40,000 nucleotides of DNA from NCBI GenBank assembly GCA_963760655.1, contig CAVXDR010000001.1:213007-253006 (forward strand), read 5' to 3'. Below the pieces are notes generated by a model. That model was not told the origin of the DNA. It saw only the letters and a program-made list of their open reading frames with translations, and searched no databases. Below, in pieces: positions 26,709 to 35,829 of this stretch; positions within the stretch are counted from its first letter, which is position 1, and each line of letters starts with the position of its first letter. Made by a program: the position numbers and the translations under genes. The stretch is from an uncultured Actinomycetes bacterium. GTDB taxonomy: Bacteria; Actinomycetota; Thermoleophilia; UBA2241.

Positions 26709-26760
26709 TGGAGTTGGAGTTGACCCGCTTTCGTTGACACCCTGAAAGTGGACACCAGCG

Positions 26761-27063
26761 GTGTCCGAGAAGGGAGTCAGCGTGGCGTACACGCCGGAGT
26801 TTCGGAGCGAGGCGGTCAGGCTGTACCGCGTCGGCGGACGTGGGGTCAAGGTGACGGCGCAGCAGATCAGCGTCGCGCCCGGCACCTTGCGCAAGTGGGT
26901 CCACCAGGCCGAGATCGACGAGGGTATCGAGGACGGCCTGACCAGCGAGGAGCGTGCCGAGCTGCGGCGCCTCAGGCGTGAGGTGAGGATCTTAGAAGAG
27001 GAGAAGGAGATCCTGCGCAAGGCAGCGCTTTTCTTCGCCCGGGAGACCGATCGTCGGCGATGA
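26761..27063 (+). CDS. IS3-family transposase OrfA (HTH + leucine zipper)
   Basis: [13 protein letters not shown]...[16 protein letters not shown]...[33 protein letters not shown] is the typical IS3/IS911 OrfA. Confidence 0.85.
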   Translation: MSEKGVSVAYTPEFRSEAVRLYRVGGRGVKVTAQQISVAPGTLRKWVHQAEIDEGIEDGLTSEERAELRRLRREVRILEEEKEILRKAALFFARETDRRR

Positions 27064-27950
27064 GGTTCCGGCTGATCGATGAAGAGAAGTCATGCCACTC
27101 GATCTCCCGCCTGGCCCGCGTGCTCGGCGTGACCGCCGCGGGCTACCACGCCTGGAGGAAGCGTCCACCCTGCGCGCGCCGGCTTGCCGATGCACGCCTC
27201 AAGGAGCGCATCGCCTGCCACTTCGCGGCCAGTCAGGGCACCTACGGCTCGCCGCGCCTGCTCGACGATCTGGCCGACGAGGGCATCCGCGTCTCGCGCA
27301 AACGCATCGCTCGTCTCATGGGCGAGATGGGCATCGCCGGTGTCTCGGGACGCGAGGGCAGGCGCCGGCGCCGCAAGGCCACCGCGCCCGAGAGCGCGCC
27401 GGCGAGAGACCTCGTGCGTCGCGACTTCACCGCCGGCGAACCCAACCAGCTCTGGTTTGCCGACATCACCTACGTGCCGACCTGGGAGGGCTGGCTGTTT
27501 CTGGCCGTGGTCATGGACGCCTGCACCAAGCGCATCGTCGGTTGGTCGATGCGCGACGACCTGAGGGCCGACATCGTCATCGACGCGCTGGGCATGGGAA
27601 CGACCATGCGCCGGCCGCAGGCCGGCCTTGTCCATCACTCCGATCGCGGCGCCCAGTATCGCTCACTGGCCTTCGGCAAGACGCTGCGCGACTGCGGCAT
27701 CCTGGCGTCGATGGGCGAGACCGGCGTTCCTCATGACAACGCCGTGACCGAGTCGGTGATGGCGACCATCAAGAAGGAGTGCGTGCACCGCCACCGCTTC
27801 AAGACCAGAGACGAGGCGCGGTTCGCGATCTTCCGCTACATCGAGGGCTTCTACAACCCGCACCGGCGGCACTCGTCACTGGGCAACTTGTCGCCGGCGG
27901 AGTTCGAGCGGAGACTGGAGCAGCAGCGGCCTGCCGCGGCCGCGTGCTAG
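27060..27950 (+). CDS. IS3-family transposase OrfB (DDE/rve integrase core)
   Basis: LWFADITYV (D), [11 protein letters not shown] (D) and [17 protein letters not shown] (E), followed by [20 protein letters not shown]. It is in the -1 frame relative to orfA, with an ATGA overlap. Confidence 0.9.
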   Translation: MRFRLIDEEKSCHSISRLARVLGVTAAGYHAWRKRPPCARRLADARLKERIACHFAASQGTYGSPRLLDDLADEGIRVSRKRIARLMGEMGIAGVSGREGRRRRRKATAPESAPARDLVRRDFTAGEPNQLWFADITYVPTWEGWLFLAVVMDACTKRIVGWSMRDDLRADIVIDALGMGTTMRRPQAGLVHHSDRGAQYRSLAFGKTLRDCGILASMGETGVPHDNAVTESVMATIKKECVHRHRFKTRDEARFAIFRYIEGFYNPHRRHSSLGNLSPAEFERRLEQQRPAAAAC

Positions 27951-28028
27951 TTCGCAGGTATCAACGGAACTGGGGCAACTCCATCACGGGAAATCGCGGA
28001 AAATGCGCCGTCAATTCCCGGAATACTA

Positions 28029-29057
28029 ATGTGCGAGGCACAAGGCGCGCTGGCTTATTGGGGAGCCTGGAAAAACGTTTCCCTGCGTTTTGCCAGAAAA
28101 GACAATAAATCAATTCCTGAGCACTGGCGCATTTTCGGACAGCGCCGCTCGCCGATAACCGACTCACCACGCTCGGCCGCCAATCCCGCGAATGCCATGC
28201 TCAATTATCTGTACGCGCTGCTTGAGGCAGAGGCTCGTTTTGCCTGTCTCGCCTGCGGGCTCGATCCGGGGCTCGGCGTATTTCACGCCGACCAGAAATC
28301 ACGCGACTCGCTAGCACTCGATCTGATGGAGGCGGTCAGGCCGCAAGTCGACGCCTATCTGCTCGACCAGATCGAAACGCGGACTTTCAGCGCCAAGGAT
28401 TTTATCGAGACGAGAAAGGGCGTCTGTCGAGTGCTCGCGCCGCTCACGCATACGCTCGCCGAGACAACACCGCGATGGGCAAAGGCCGTTGGCCCGGTGG
28501 TCGAGAACGTCACCGCGATGCTCGCTTCGGACGGTAGTCTGCAACTGAGCTTGCCGACGCCGCTCACTCAATCAAACCGCAGTTTGGGGCGCGGCAGGGT
28601 CCGTCGTAATCCAAAGCGGACTGAGTCGTCGAAGGCGAAGCTCGCGCCGACCTGCGCCACCTGCGGTGGACCGCTGCCGAGTGTGGATCGCATGGTCTGC
28701 GACGACTGCCTGCCCGGTGAACGGGAGCGCCACAATGTCGGGTTCGTCGCAGCGGGTGCGGCCGGGCTGGCGAAGATGCAGGCGGAAGGGCGCAACTGGA
28801 TGGACAGCGAGCAGTCCAGGCGCAAGCTGGGGCAGTCGAACGCAAAGCGGCAGCGCGAGAGAATCGAGTGGGAGCTCACACACGAGAAGCCCGACCCCGA
28901 GGTCTTCACGCGCGAGATCCTGCCAATGCTTCAGACGGTGACGCTGCCGCAGATGAGGGCGGCGACGGGGCTCTCGACAACGATGTGCGCGAGGATTCGG
29001 CGGGGGTACGTGCCACACCCGAGGCATTGGAACAAGCTTCGTCGGCTTGAGGTCTAG
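28029..29057 (+). CDS. Cas1-family integrase-like protein lacking the N-terminal domain (truncated by the IS3 element), with C-terminal Zn-ribbon and HTH-like extension
   Basis: Cas1 catalytic-domain motifs: ILMCEAQGALAYW (Glu), NPANAMLNYLYALLEAEA, GLDPGLGVFHAD (His), SLALDLMEAVRPQVD (Asp/Glu). In-frame homology continues upstream to the IS boundary at 27987. The C-terminus has CATCGG...CDDC and LPQMRAATGLSTTMCARIRRGYVPHPRHW. No cas2, other cas genes or CRISPR array are in the window. Confidence 0.75.
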   Translation: MCEAQGALAYWGAWKNVSLRFARKDNKSIPEHWRIFGQRRSPITDSPRSAANPANAMLNYLYALLEAEARFACLACGLDPGLGVFHADQKSRDSLALDLMEAVRPQVDAYLLDQIETRTFSAKDFIETRKGVCRVLAPLTHTLAETTPRWAKAVGPVVENVTAMLASDGSLQLSLPTPLTQSNRSLGRGRVRRNPKRTESSKAKLAPTCATCGGPLPSVDRMVCDDCLPGERERHNVGFVAAGAAGLAKMQAEGRNWMDSEQSRRKLGQSNAKRQRERIEWELTHEKPDPEVFTREILPMLQTVTLPQMRAATGLSTTMCARIRRGYVPHPRHWNKLRRLEV

Positions 29058-29069
29058 AGCACTTCCGGC

Positions 29070-29897
29070 TCAGGCCAGCCGCAGGACGACCACCTGCATG
29101 TCGTCTCTCAGGCGGCCGTCGGCGAACTCGGATGCGGCGTCCCGCACGCCATCGGTGACCTCCTGCGCGGAGCAGCCACGTAGACCCTCGACGATCTCGA
29201 GCAGCCGCCGCTCTCCGAGCAGCTCGCCGTCGCGGCGTGCTTCGGTGACGCCGTCGGTATAGAGCACGAGGCAGTCTTCGGGCGTCAGCATCGTGTGGGA
29301 CTCTTTGTAGGAGTGCGAGAAGGTGCCAAGCGGCGGACCGTAGACCACAGCGAGGGAGTCGCACGTATTCGCGCCGAGGTGGACTGGCGCGGGATGACCG
29401 GCGCTCGCGTAGCTCAGATGGCCGGTGTGCGGGTCGAGCACGGCGCAAAAGGCGGTCACGTGGGCCTCGTCGGGATCGTAGCCCAGGAGCAGCTCGCTGG
29501 TCTTCCCCAAGATGAAGGACGGCGACGGGTCGATCGCGGCCAGTGCCCGCACCGTGCTGCGCACGGTCTCGGTCAGGCCGGCGGCGCGCACGCCCTTGCC
29601 GGCAACATCGCCGATCAGCAGGACGACGTGCGACTCGTCGCCGACGAAGACGTCGCTGAAGTCGCCGCCCACGAGCTCGGGCTCGAAGGCGGTCTTTGTC
29701 ACCATGCCCAGCTCGAGGCCGGCGACCGCGGGCAGCGCGTGAAGGAAGTTCTCCTGCAGCGTTGTGGCGATGCGCTCCTGCTCTTCGTAGAGGCGGGCGT
29801 TGGCAAGGGCCGTCGAGATCGAGGCGGCAAGCTTGCCGGCGAACTCGACGATCTCCGGCGGGAAGGCGACGGCCGCCTCGTGGTGGTTGAAGAAGAT
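29070..29897 (-). pseudogene. 3' segment (end of GAF + PP2C phosphatase domain) of the giant sensor gene split by the IS66-family insertion
   Basis: It reads FFNHHEAAVAFPPEIVEFAGKLAASISTALANARLYEEQ... then PP2C motifs GGDFSDVFVGDE, LLIGDVAGKGVRAA, YASAGHPAP and LVLYTDGVTEA. It joins in frame to 31460-35296 once the IS and one TSD copy are removed. Confidence 0.85.
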
Positions 29898-31451
29898 GTA
29901 AGCGTTCAGTTGGTCCGGCCATGCAGCTGAGCAAGAGGCCGAGGGCCATGAGGCAGGCACCTGCTTCTGCGCAGCGAACCCTCGGCCATGGAGCGCGCCG
30001 AGGCGGAGGCGATCTACGACCAGGGACGCGAGGCGGTGGTCGCGGCGCTCCTCGCGCTCTCGGCTCAGGTCGCCGCCCTGGAGGCGCGCCTTGCCAAGCA
30101 GGAGGAGCGCATCGCCGAGCTTGAGCGACAGCTCAGGCGCAACTCGCAGAACTCCTCGCTGCCACCGAGCGCCGATCCGCCTGGGGCGCCGGCCCGCAGG
30201 CGGCCACCATCCTCAGGCGGCAGACGCGGCGCCCAGCACGGTCACAAGGGCCACGGCCGACACCTGGCCCCGATCGAGGCCGTCGACGAGCTCATCGATC
30301 ACTGGCCCGAGCACTGCGCCTGCGGCCACCGCTTCACCCCGGAAGAGCGTCACCCCGTTGGCAACCCGGCCCGATGGCAGGTCGCCGAGCTGCCCGCGAT
30401 CGCCATCACCTTAAGCGAGCACCGCCTCCATCGCCTGCGCTGCCCCGCCTGCGGTGCGATCACCCGCGCAAAGCTGCCCGCGGATGTGCCAGAGAGCGCC
30501 TTCGGCCCGCGCCTGTGCGCGGCGGTCGCCACCCTGGCCGTGCGCAACCGCGTCTCCCGGCGCGATGCGGTCGAGCTGGCCGGCGAGCTGTTTGGCGCCC
30601 GCCTCTGCGCCGGCACGGTCGATGCCATCCTGCGGCGCGCGGCGGCGGCGCTTGCCAGGCCCTACGAGGAGCTGCTGCACGAGACCCGTGCCTCGCCCGC
30701 CGTCAACGTCGATGAGACCGGCTGGCGCCTGCGCGGCGGGCGGCGCACCCTCTGGGGCGCTCTCACGCTTCGGACCGCGGTCTTTCGCATCGCCGCCGAC
30801 CGCCACGAGCGCGAGGCCGTGGCCCTGCTCGGCGAGCGCTTCGCAGGGATCACCTGCAGCGATCGCTGGTGGGCCTACAACTACCTGGATGTGGAACGGC
30901 GCCAGCTCTGTTGGGCGCACCTGACCCGCGACTTTCGGGCACACAGCGAGGGCCTCGGCCTGCAGAGGCAGTTCGGCGAGGCTGGCCTTGCGATCAGCGA
31001 GCGTCTCTTCGCCGCCTGGGGCGACTACCGGCTCGACGGCGACCGCGAACGCCTCGCGGCGCGCATCGGGCCCCTCAAGGAGGAGCTGCGGGCGCTGCTT
31101 GAGGAAGCGGCGCACAAGAGCCCCCGCAACCGCCAGCACCGCACCTTCGCCAAGAACCTGCTCAAGTGCTGGCCGGCGCTGTGGACCTTCGCCAGCGTGC
31201 CCGGCGTGGAGCCCACCAACAACCAGGCCGAGCGCGGGTTGCGTGGCGCGGTCATCTACCGCAAGCTCTCGCTGGGCAGCCAGTCCGAGGACGGCGAGCG
31301 TACCATCGAGCGGCTGCTCTCGGCCTCGGTGACCTGCCGCCTGCAGAAGCGCTCGCTCTTTGCCTACCTCAGCGAGGTCCTGGCCGCCAGCGCCCGCGGC
31401 GATCCCGTCCCCTCACTGGTCTGACCGAGTGCACACCGACTGAACGCTTAC
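29898..31451 (+). mobile_element. IS66-family insertion sequence, single-ORF (ISBst12-like) type, 1554 bp
   Basis: The inverted termini are GTAAGCGTTCAGTTGGT (29898-) and the reverse complement of ACCGACTGAACGCTTAC (-31451). They are flanked by a perfect 8-bp direct repeat AAGAAGAT (29890-29897 and 31452-31459). Confidence 0.9.
29988..31424 (+). CDS. IS66-family transposase (TnpC-like)
   Basis: The N-terminal leucine zipper is LSAQVAALEARLAKQEERIAELERQL. The Zn-finger region is HCACGHRF...RLRCPACG. It also has DETGWR, CWAHLTRDF and NNQAERGLRGAVIYRKLSLGSQSEDG motifs. Confidence 0.9.
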   Translation: MERAEAEAIYDQGREAVVAALLALSAQVAALEARLAKQEERIAELERQLRRNSQNSSLPPSADPPGAPARRRPPSSGGRRGAQHGHKGHGRHLAPIEAVDELIDHWPEHCACGHRFTPEERHPVGNPARWQVAELPAIAITLSEHRLHRLRCPACGAITRAKLPADVPESAFGPRLCAAVATLAVRNRVSRRDAVELAGELFGARLCAGTVDAILRRAAAALARPYEELLHETRASPAVNVDETGWRLRGGRRTLWGALTLRTAVFRIAADRHEREAVALLGERFAGITCSDRWWAYNYLDVERRQLCWAHLTRDFRAHSEGLGLQRQFGEAGLAISERLFAAWGDYRLDGDRERLAARIGPLKEELRALLEEAAHKSPRNRQHRTFAKNLLKCWPALWTFASVPGVEPTNNQAERGLRGAVIYRKLSLGSQSEDGERTIERLLSASVTCRLQKRSLFAYLSEVLAASARGDPVPSLV

Positions 31452-34400
31452 AAGAAGATGACGCCGAGCACCTCTTCTCTGACGATCAAGGGGATGCACA
31501 GCACGGAGCGCACCCCGAAGCGACGCTGCACCTCGGGGAGGCAGCGCGGGTCGCTTTCGCAGTCGTCGATGGCGATCGGCCGGCGCTCGGTCACGGCCAT
31601 GACCATGAAGGGCGCCTCGTCGGTGCGCACGCATTCGTGGATCAGCCCGGGGACCTCGGGATAGCCGTACTCGGCCACCCAGTCGTCGCCGTGGCGCAGC
31701 GCGACCATGGCGCTGTCGGATCCGACCGCGGCGACCGCATGCTCGACGACCGTCTGCATGATCTCGCGGCTATCGAGCGTCGAGTTGATCAGGCCGTTCA
31801 TCTCGTTTAAGACCTCGGTCAGCTCGGCCGCCGCGGCCTCACGCTCGGCGCGCTCGTGCAGCTCATCACGTTGGGTCGACAGCTCCTCACCGGCCGCCTG
31901 CAGCTCCTCGGTCTGCAGCTGGAGTCTCCGAGCGAGCTCCTCGACGCGCGCTTGCTCGGCGAGTTGGGCCTCGCGAGCGGCGTCGGCGCGAACCAGGGCG
32001 ACCGCGGCCGCGCGACGACGCTCGGCCTGCTCGCTTAGGGTCTTGGCGAGAAAGCCGGAGAGCAGGCCAGCCGCCACCCAGACCGCCGTCGATATCAGCG
32101 TCGTTGGTACGGTGGACAGGCTGCCCCGCCCGCCCACCGTCAGGTAGAACGCCCCGCCACCGGCGATGGCCACGAGCGCACCGAAAGGCGGGCCCGCCAG
32201 GGCGCCGGCGATGACTGAGAACAGCGCGATCATGGAGCCTGGCAGGCCCAAGACGTGGCGCGGGCTATGTGCGCTGTTCAGCGCCAGGAGGATCGCACTC
32301 TGGATCGCGATCGCACCGGCGAGCACGCGCCAACGATGGCCTCGGAAGCGGTCCACAAGCCGAGTGGTGCGGCTCCCCGGCAGGTGCTCGTCAAGCCGTG
32401 CGGCCTCGGTCTCGCGCTCGAGCAGCGCGCGCTCGGCTTGCTTACGGGCGCTGATGTCGGTCACAAACGAGCGGTAGTGCAGGAGTGTGCCGTCCTCGTC
32501 GAAGATCGGCTGCACGAGCAGCTCGATCGGCACGCGGCTGCCGTCCTTGCGCAGGTACTCCTTCTCGTAGGACACAGGGTGGCGTTCGCTCACCGCCCGC
32601 GCGAGGATCGTTGCCTCGGTCGCGCGCCACTCGGGCGGCGTCAGGTCGGTCGACCAAGTGAGCGCTCTCTCGTGAAGCTCGGCGCCGCTGTAGCCCGTCA
32701 GCCGCTCGAAGGCTTCGTTGAACAGAAGGAGACGACCATCGGGCGCTCCCATCCCGAAGGGCATCGCGGACTTCTGCAGCACATCGGCCAGGAGATGGGC
32801 GTTCTCCTCGCTCTCGCGCAGCGCCTCTTCGGCGCGCTTACGCTCGGTGATGTCGCGGTTGGACTCAAGGACGCGCTCGACTCCGTCTTCGCCCACCACG
32901 AGCTGAAGCCGCGATGCTACGGTGACTTGGCGGCCGTCCTTGGCGCGGTGGACAAGCTCTCCCTCCCAGCTCTCCCGTGTGTGGAGGGCGTCTTCGATTG
33001 TGGCCCACGGTTGCGGGAAGGCGGTGCGCAACAGGTCGCGAGTGACTCGGCCGATCGCCTCTTCTACACCGTAGCCGTAGAGCTGCTCGGCGCCACGATT
33101 CCAAGACTCGATCGCACCGCCGAGACGCCAGACGATGATGGGCTCGAAGGACAGGTCGAGCAGCTCGGCTTGGCGCTTGGCTTCCTGCTCGGCCAAGGTG
33201 CGCTCAGTGGTGTCGATGAACACCGTCGCGAAGCGTCCCGGCTCGGTCTGGTAGGCGCTCACCTCAAACCAGCGCCCCAGCGGTCCGAACTGCGACTCGA
33301 AGTGAGCCGGCTCGCCGGTCAGGGCCACCTTGCCGTAGATCTCAAACACCGGGTCGTCGGCGGCATCGGGGAAGAGCTCAAGCGTGGTGTGCCCCAGGAT
33401 GTCTGCGGCCTTTAAGCCCGTGTGGCGCTCGAAGGCGGGGTTGACCGAAAGGTAGCGCAGATCGTAGGGCTTGCCGTTCTCGTCGCAGATGATCTCGTCG
33501 AGGGCGAAGCCCTCGCTCATCGTGTCGAATAGGGTGCGGTAGCTCCCCTCACTCTCAAGCAGCGCCTCCTCGGCGCGTTTGAGGTCCGTGACGTCGTTGC
33601 CGATCGCCAGGATCTCAGCAACCTTGCCTTGGTCGTCAAGGATCGCCCGATTGGTCCAGTTCAGCCAGAGGCGACGGCCGTCCCGGCAGATGTTCTCGTT
33701 GGTGTTGTGCTCGTAGCGGTCGGGGTGCTTGACGATGTCGCTGACGAGGCCGGTCGGGTCAGTCCCGTCCGACTCCTGCTCTGGAACCAGGATGTTCACC
33801 GACTTGCCGACGGCCTCCTTGGCACTCCAGCCGAAGAGCCTCTGGGCGTACCCGTTGATGAAGGTGATCCTGCCGTCACAAGACCACCGCACGATCGCGC
33901 TGTTGGCGTTCTCCACGAGCTCACGGTAGCGACTCTCGCTACGCCGCAGGGCCTCCTCTGCTGCCTTGCGCTCGGTGACGTCGCTGTGCATGATCAGGTT
34001 CGCGATGTGGTTGCCTTGGGCGTCGAGGAGGGGAGACGCACTGTAGCGCGACCACAGAACCGCGCCGTCCTTGCGGCGCAGCTTGACCTCGCGGCGCAGC
34101 ACCTGGCCCTCATGAAGTTCGGCCCGTGCGTCGTCGGTTTCGGGCTTCCAACCTTCAAAGACGAGGTCGGAACCGGACATGCCGAGCAGCTCCTCGACTG
34201 AGTAGCCCAGCATGTCGGCCATGCGCTGGTTGGCAAACTGAAAGGCCCCCTCTGGCGCGCCGATGACGATGCCCTCGGTCGAGTTCTCGACCATGGCGCG
34301 GTACTTGGCCTCGCTCGCCCGGAGAGCCGCAAAGTACTGCTCGCGCTCCTCCTCGATGCGCTTACGCTCGCTGATCTCGTGGCCGAAGACGCTGACGCCT

Positions 34401-35296
34401 GAAGAGGTCGGGTAGAAGCGCGCCTCGATCCAGTCGCCTGAGATCTCAGTCTGGTACTCGAGCATCGAGAAGCGTCCCAGCTCGATCGCCTCGCGGAGGG
34501 CCTTACCCTCGACCGAGTCGCCCAGGGTCGGGGCGAACTCCCAGACGGACCTACCGATGAGCTCCTCGCGACTGCTACGCAGGAGGCGCAGGGCAGCCTC
34601 GTTGAGGTGTTGGTAGCGGTACTCCCAATCGATCACCATGACGAACTCGTCGACCTCGTCGAGCAAAGCTTGCCCGCGGGACTCGCGCTCGCCGGCAGCA
34701 CCGCCGCCATAGGTCTCGAAGGGGATGCCCTCCGGAATGGAGGGCTTACAGCGCGCTTCGGCGTGTCGCGTCATGCGCACCTCGAGGCCACCGTCAACGC
34801 TCAGTTTCAACGAGTCCATGAGCTTGGCGACGATGAACAGGCCGCGGCCGTGGTCGGACAGGACATCGGGCACAGAGTCACGATCGAAGCTCGTTACGTC
34901 GAAGCCTCGGCCGTGGTCTTTGACCACGGCGAGCAGGTCGCCGTTGACGAAGCGCAGCGAGATCTCGATGTCGTGCTCGCTGCCGCTGTGACGGATGGCG
35001 TTGGTCGCGGCCTCCTCGACGCAAAGCACGACGTCGTCGATGACCTCGGGCTCGGTGCAGTACTGGCGCAGGTAGTCACGAATGCGGTCGCGGGCGCGCA
35101 GCAGGTGGGAGGGCTCGGACGGGACGCGGAAGAGCAGGCGCGGTGGCGCGATCTGAGGCTTAACGTCGCTCTGCGACAACTGACTCCCCCGCACGGGCTT
35201 GCTTCGAGGGGAACGAATGGCGCTCAGTGTACGCCGAAGGTACAGGAAGTTGCGACCGTTCCAGGCCTCGAACAACCTTTGTGATGAGTCGCACAA
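31448..35296 (-). CDS. 5' segment of giant sensor: RsbW/SpoIIAB-like Ser kinase (HATPase_c) + 6 PAS + about 4 TM + coiled coil + GAF (interrupted; stop supplied by the IS66 end)
   Basis: The N-terminus has VLCVEEAATNAIRHSG...VKDHGRGFD...DHGRGLFIVAKLMD. Six PAS cores each end in a D(V/I)TERK-type linker. The TM block is RWRVLAGAIAIQSAILLAL...AVWVAAGLLSGFLA. The GAF runs MQTVVEHAVAAVGSDSAMVAL...VLGVIF. The terminal TAA lies inside the IS terminus GCTTAC. The true start may be the TTG at 35179, preceded by GGGGGAG. Confidence 0.85.
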   Translation of the reverse strand: MCDSSQRLFEAWNGRNFLYLRRTLSAIRSPRSKPVRGSQLSQSDVKPQIAPPRLLFRVPSEPSHLLRARDRIRDYLRQYCTEPEVIDDVVLCVEEAATNAIRHSGSEHDIEISLRFVNGDLLAVVKDHGRGFDVTSFDRDSVPDVLSDHGRGLFIVAKLMDSLKLSVDGGLEVRMTRHAEARCKPSIPEGIPFETYGGGAAGERESRGQALLDEVDEFVMVIDWEYRYQHLNEAALRLLRSSREELIGRSVWEFAPTLGDSVEGKALREAIELGRFSMLEYQTEISGDWIEARFYPTSSGVSVFGHEISERKRIEEEREQYFAALRASEAKYRAMVENSTEGIVIGAPEGAFQFANQRMADMLGYSVEELLGMSGSDLVFEGWKPETDDARAELHEGQVLRREVKLRRKDGAVLWSRYSASPLLDAQGNHIANLIMHSDVTERKAAEEALRRSESRYRELVENANSAIVRWSCDGRITFINGYAQRLFGWSAKEAVGKSVNILVPEQESDGTDPTGLVSDIVKHPDRYEHNTNENICRDGRRLWLNWTNRAILDDQGKVAEILAIGNDVTDLKRAEEALLESEGSYRTLFDTMSEGFALDEIICDENGKPYDLRYLSVNPAFERHTGLKAADILGHTTLELFPDAADDPVFEIYGKVALTGEPAHFESQFGPLGRWFEVSAYQTEPGRFATVFIDTTERTLAEQEAKRQAELLDLSFEPIIVWRLGGAIESWNRGAEQLYGYGVEEAIGRVTRDLLRTAFPQPWATIEDALHTRESWEGELVHRAKDGRQVTVASRLQLVVGEDGVERVLESNRDITERKRAEEALRESEENAHLLADVLQKSAMPFGMGAPDGRLLLFNEAFERLTGYSGAELHERALTWSTDLTPPEWRATEATILARAVSERHPVSYEKEYLRKDGSRVPIELLVQPIFDEDGTLLHYRSFVTDISARKQAERALLERETEAARLDEHLPGSRTTRLVDRFRGHRWRVLAGAIAIQSAILLALNSAHSPRHVLGLPGSMIALFSVIAGALAGPPFGALVAIAGGGAFYLTVGGRGSLSTVPTTLISTAVWVAAGLLSGFLAKTLSEQAERRRAAAVALVRADAAREAQLAEQARVEELARRLQLQTEELQAAGEELSTQRDELHERAEREAAAAELTEVLNEMNGLINSTLDSREIMQTVVEHAVAAVGSDSAMVALRHGDDWVAEYGYPEVPGLIHECVRTDEAPFMVMAVTERRPIAIDDCESDPRCLPEVQRRFGVRSVLCIPLIVREEVLGVIFL

Positions 35297-35349
35297 GCTT
35301 GACCGAGGCCCTTACGGCGCGGAGACTGGCGACAACGATCGGGTAGCTG

Positions 35350-35724
35350 ATGGAGTACGAGGTGGCAGACAGTCCGCAGTTCCAGGTCGAGCTCAGTAGG
35401 CCCAGCGCCGACGTCGCCGTCGTTGAGCTGAAGGGCGAGGTCGATCTCTACACCTCGCCTCAGTTCAAGGACGCTCTCTTGCAGGCCATCGGCGAAGGGA
35501 CCGCGCGCGTCGTTGTTGACTTAAGCCAGGTTCGCTTCATCGACTCGACAGGGCTCGGCGTCGTGGTCGGCGGCATCAAGGCGGTCACGGCTCGTGGCGG
35601 CACCCTCGACCTCGTCTGCCCCGAGGGGCGCATCAGGCGCACTTTCGAGATTACGGGTCTGGACCGAATCGTACACATCCACCACTCGCGCAGCGACGCG
35701 CTGGCGGCTACCTCGGGGGACTAG
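35350..35724 (+). CDS. STAS-domain anti-sigma-factor antagonist (SpoIIAA/RsbV-like)
   Basis: VAVVELKGEVDLYTSPQFKDALLQAI...VVVDLSQVRFIDSTGLGVVVGGIK...GTLDLVCPEGRIRRTFEITGLDRI carries the conserved DSTGLG phospho-Ser motif. An alternative start is GTG 35362. It is divergent from the giant kinase/phosphatase gene. Confidence 0.85.
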   Translation: MEYEVADSPQFQVELSRPSADVAVVELKGEVDLYTSPQFKDALLQAIGEGTARVVVDLSQVRFIDSTGLGVVVGGIKAVTARGGTLDLVCPEGRIRRTFEITGLDRIVHIHHSRSDALAATSGD

Positions 35725-35829
35725 CTCAGCAGTCCTTGGCAGCGCGCGGAGCTTTCCGGGTGTCGTTCTGAAGGTGCCAACGACCTTCCTTCTTCCGGTC
35801 TTGTCACGCTAGGGCGCGTTTCGCCGGCC

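Larger units (their letters stand above)
26707..27986 (+). mobile_element. IS3-family insertion sequence (about 1.28 kb), orfA/orfB in 0/-1 frames
   Basis: Termini are TGTGGAGTTGGAGTTGACCC (left) and GGGGCAACTCCATCA (right; reverse complement TGATGGAGTTGCCCC), giving TG...CA ends. The boundary is ambiguous by 2-3 nt. No matching flanking target duplication is present. Confidence 0.8.

Noticed and set aside
28906-29949. 347-aa minus-strand ORF in an alternative frame of the PP2C segment
   Set aside because: It is an off-frame Arg-rich product. The 29070-29960 frame carries all PP2C motifs.
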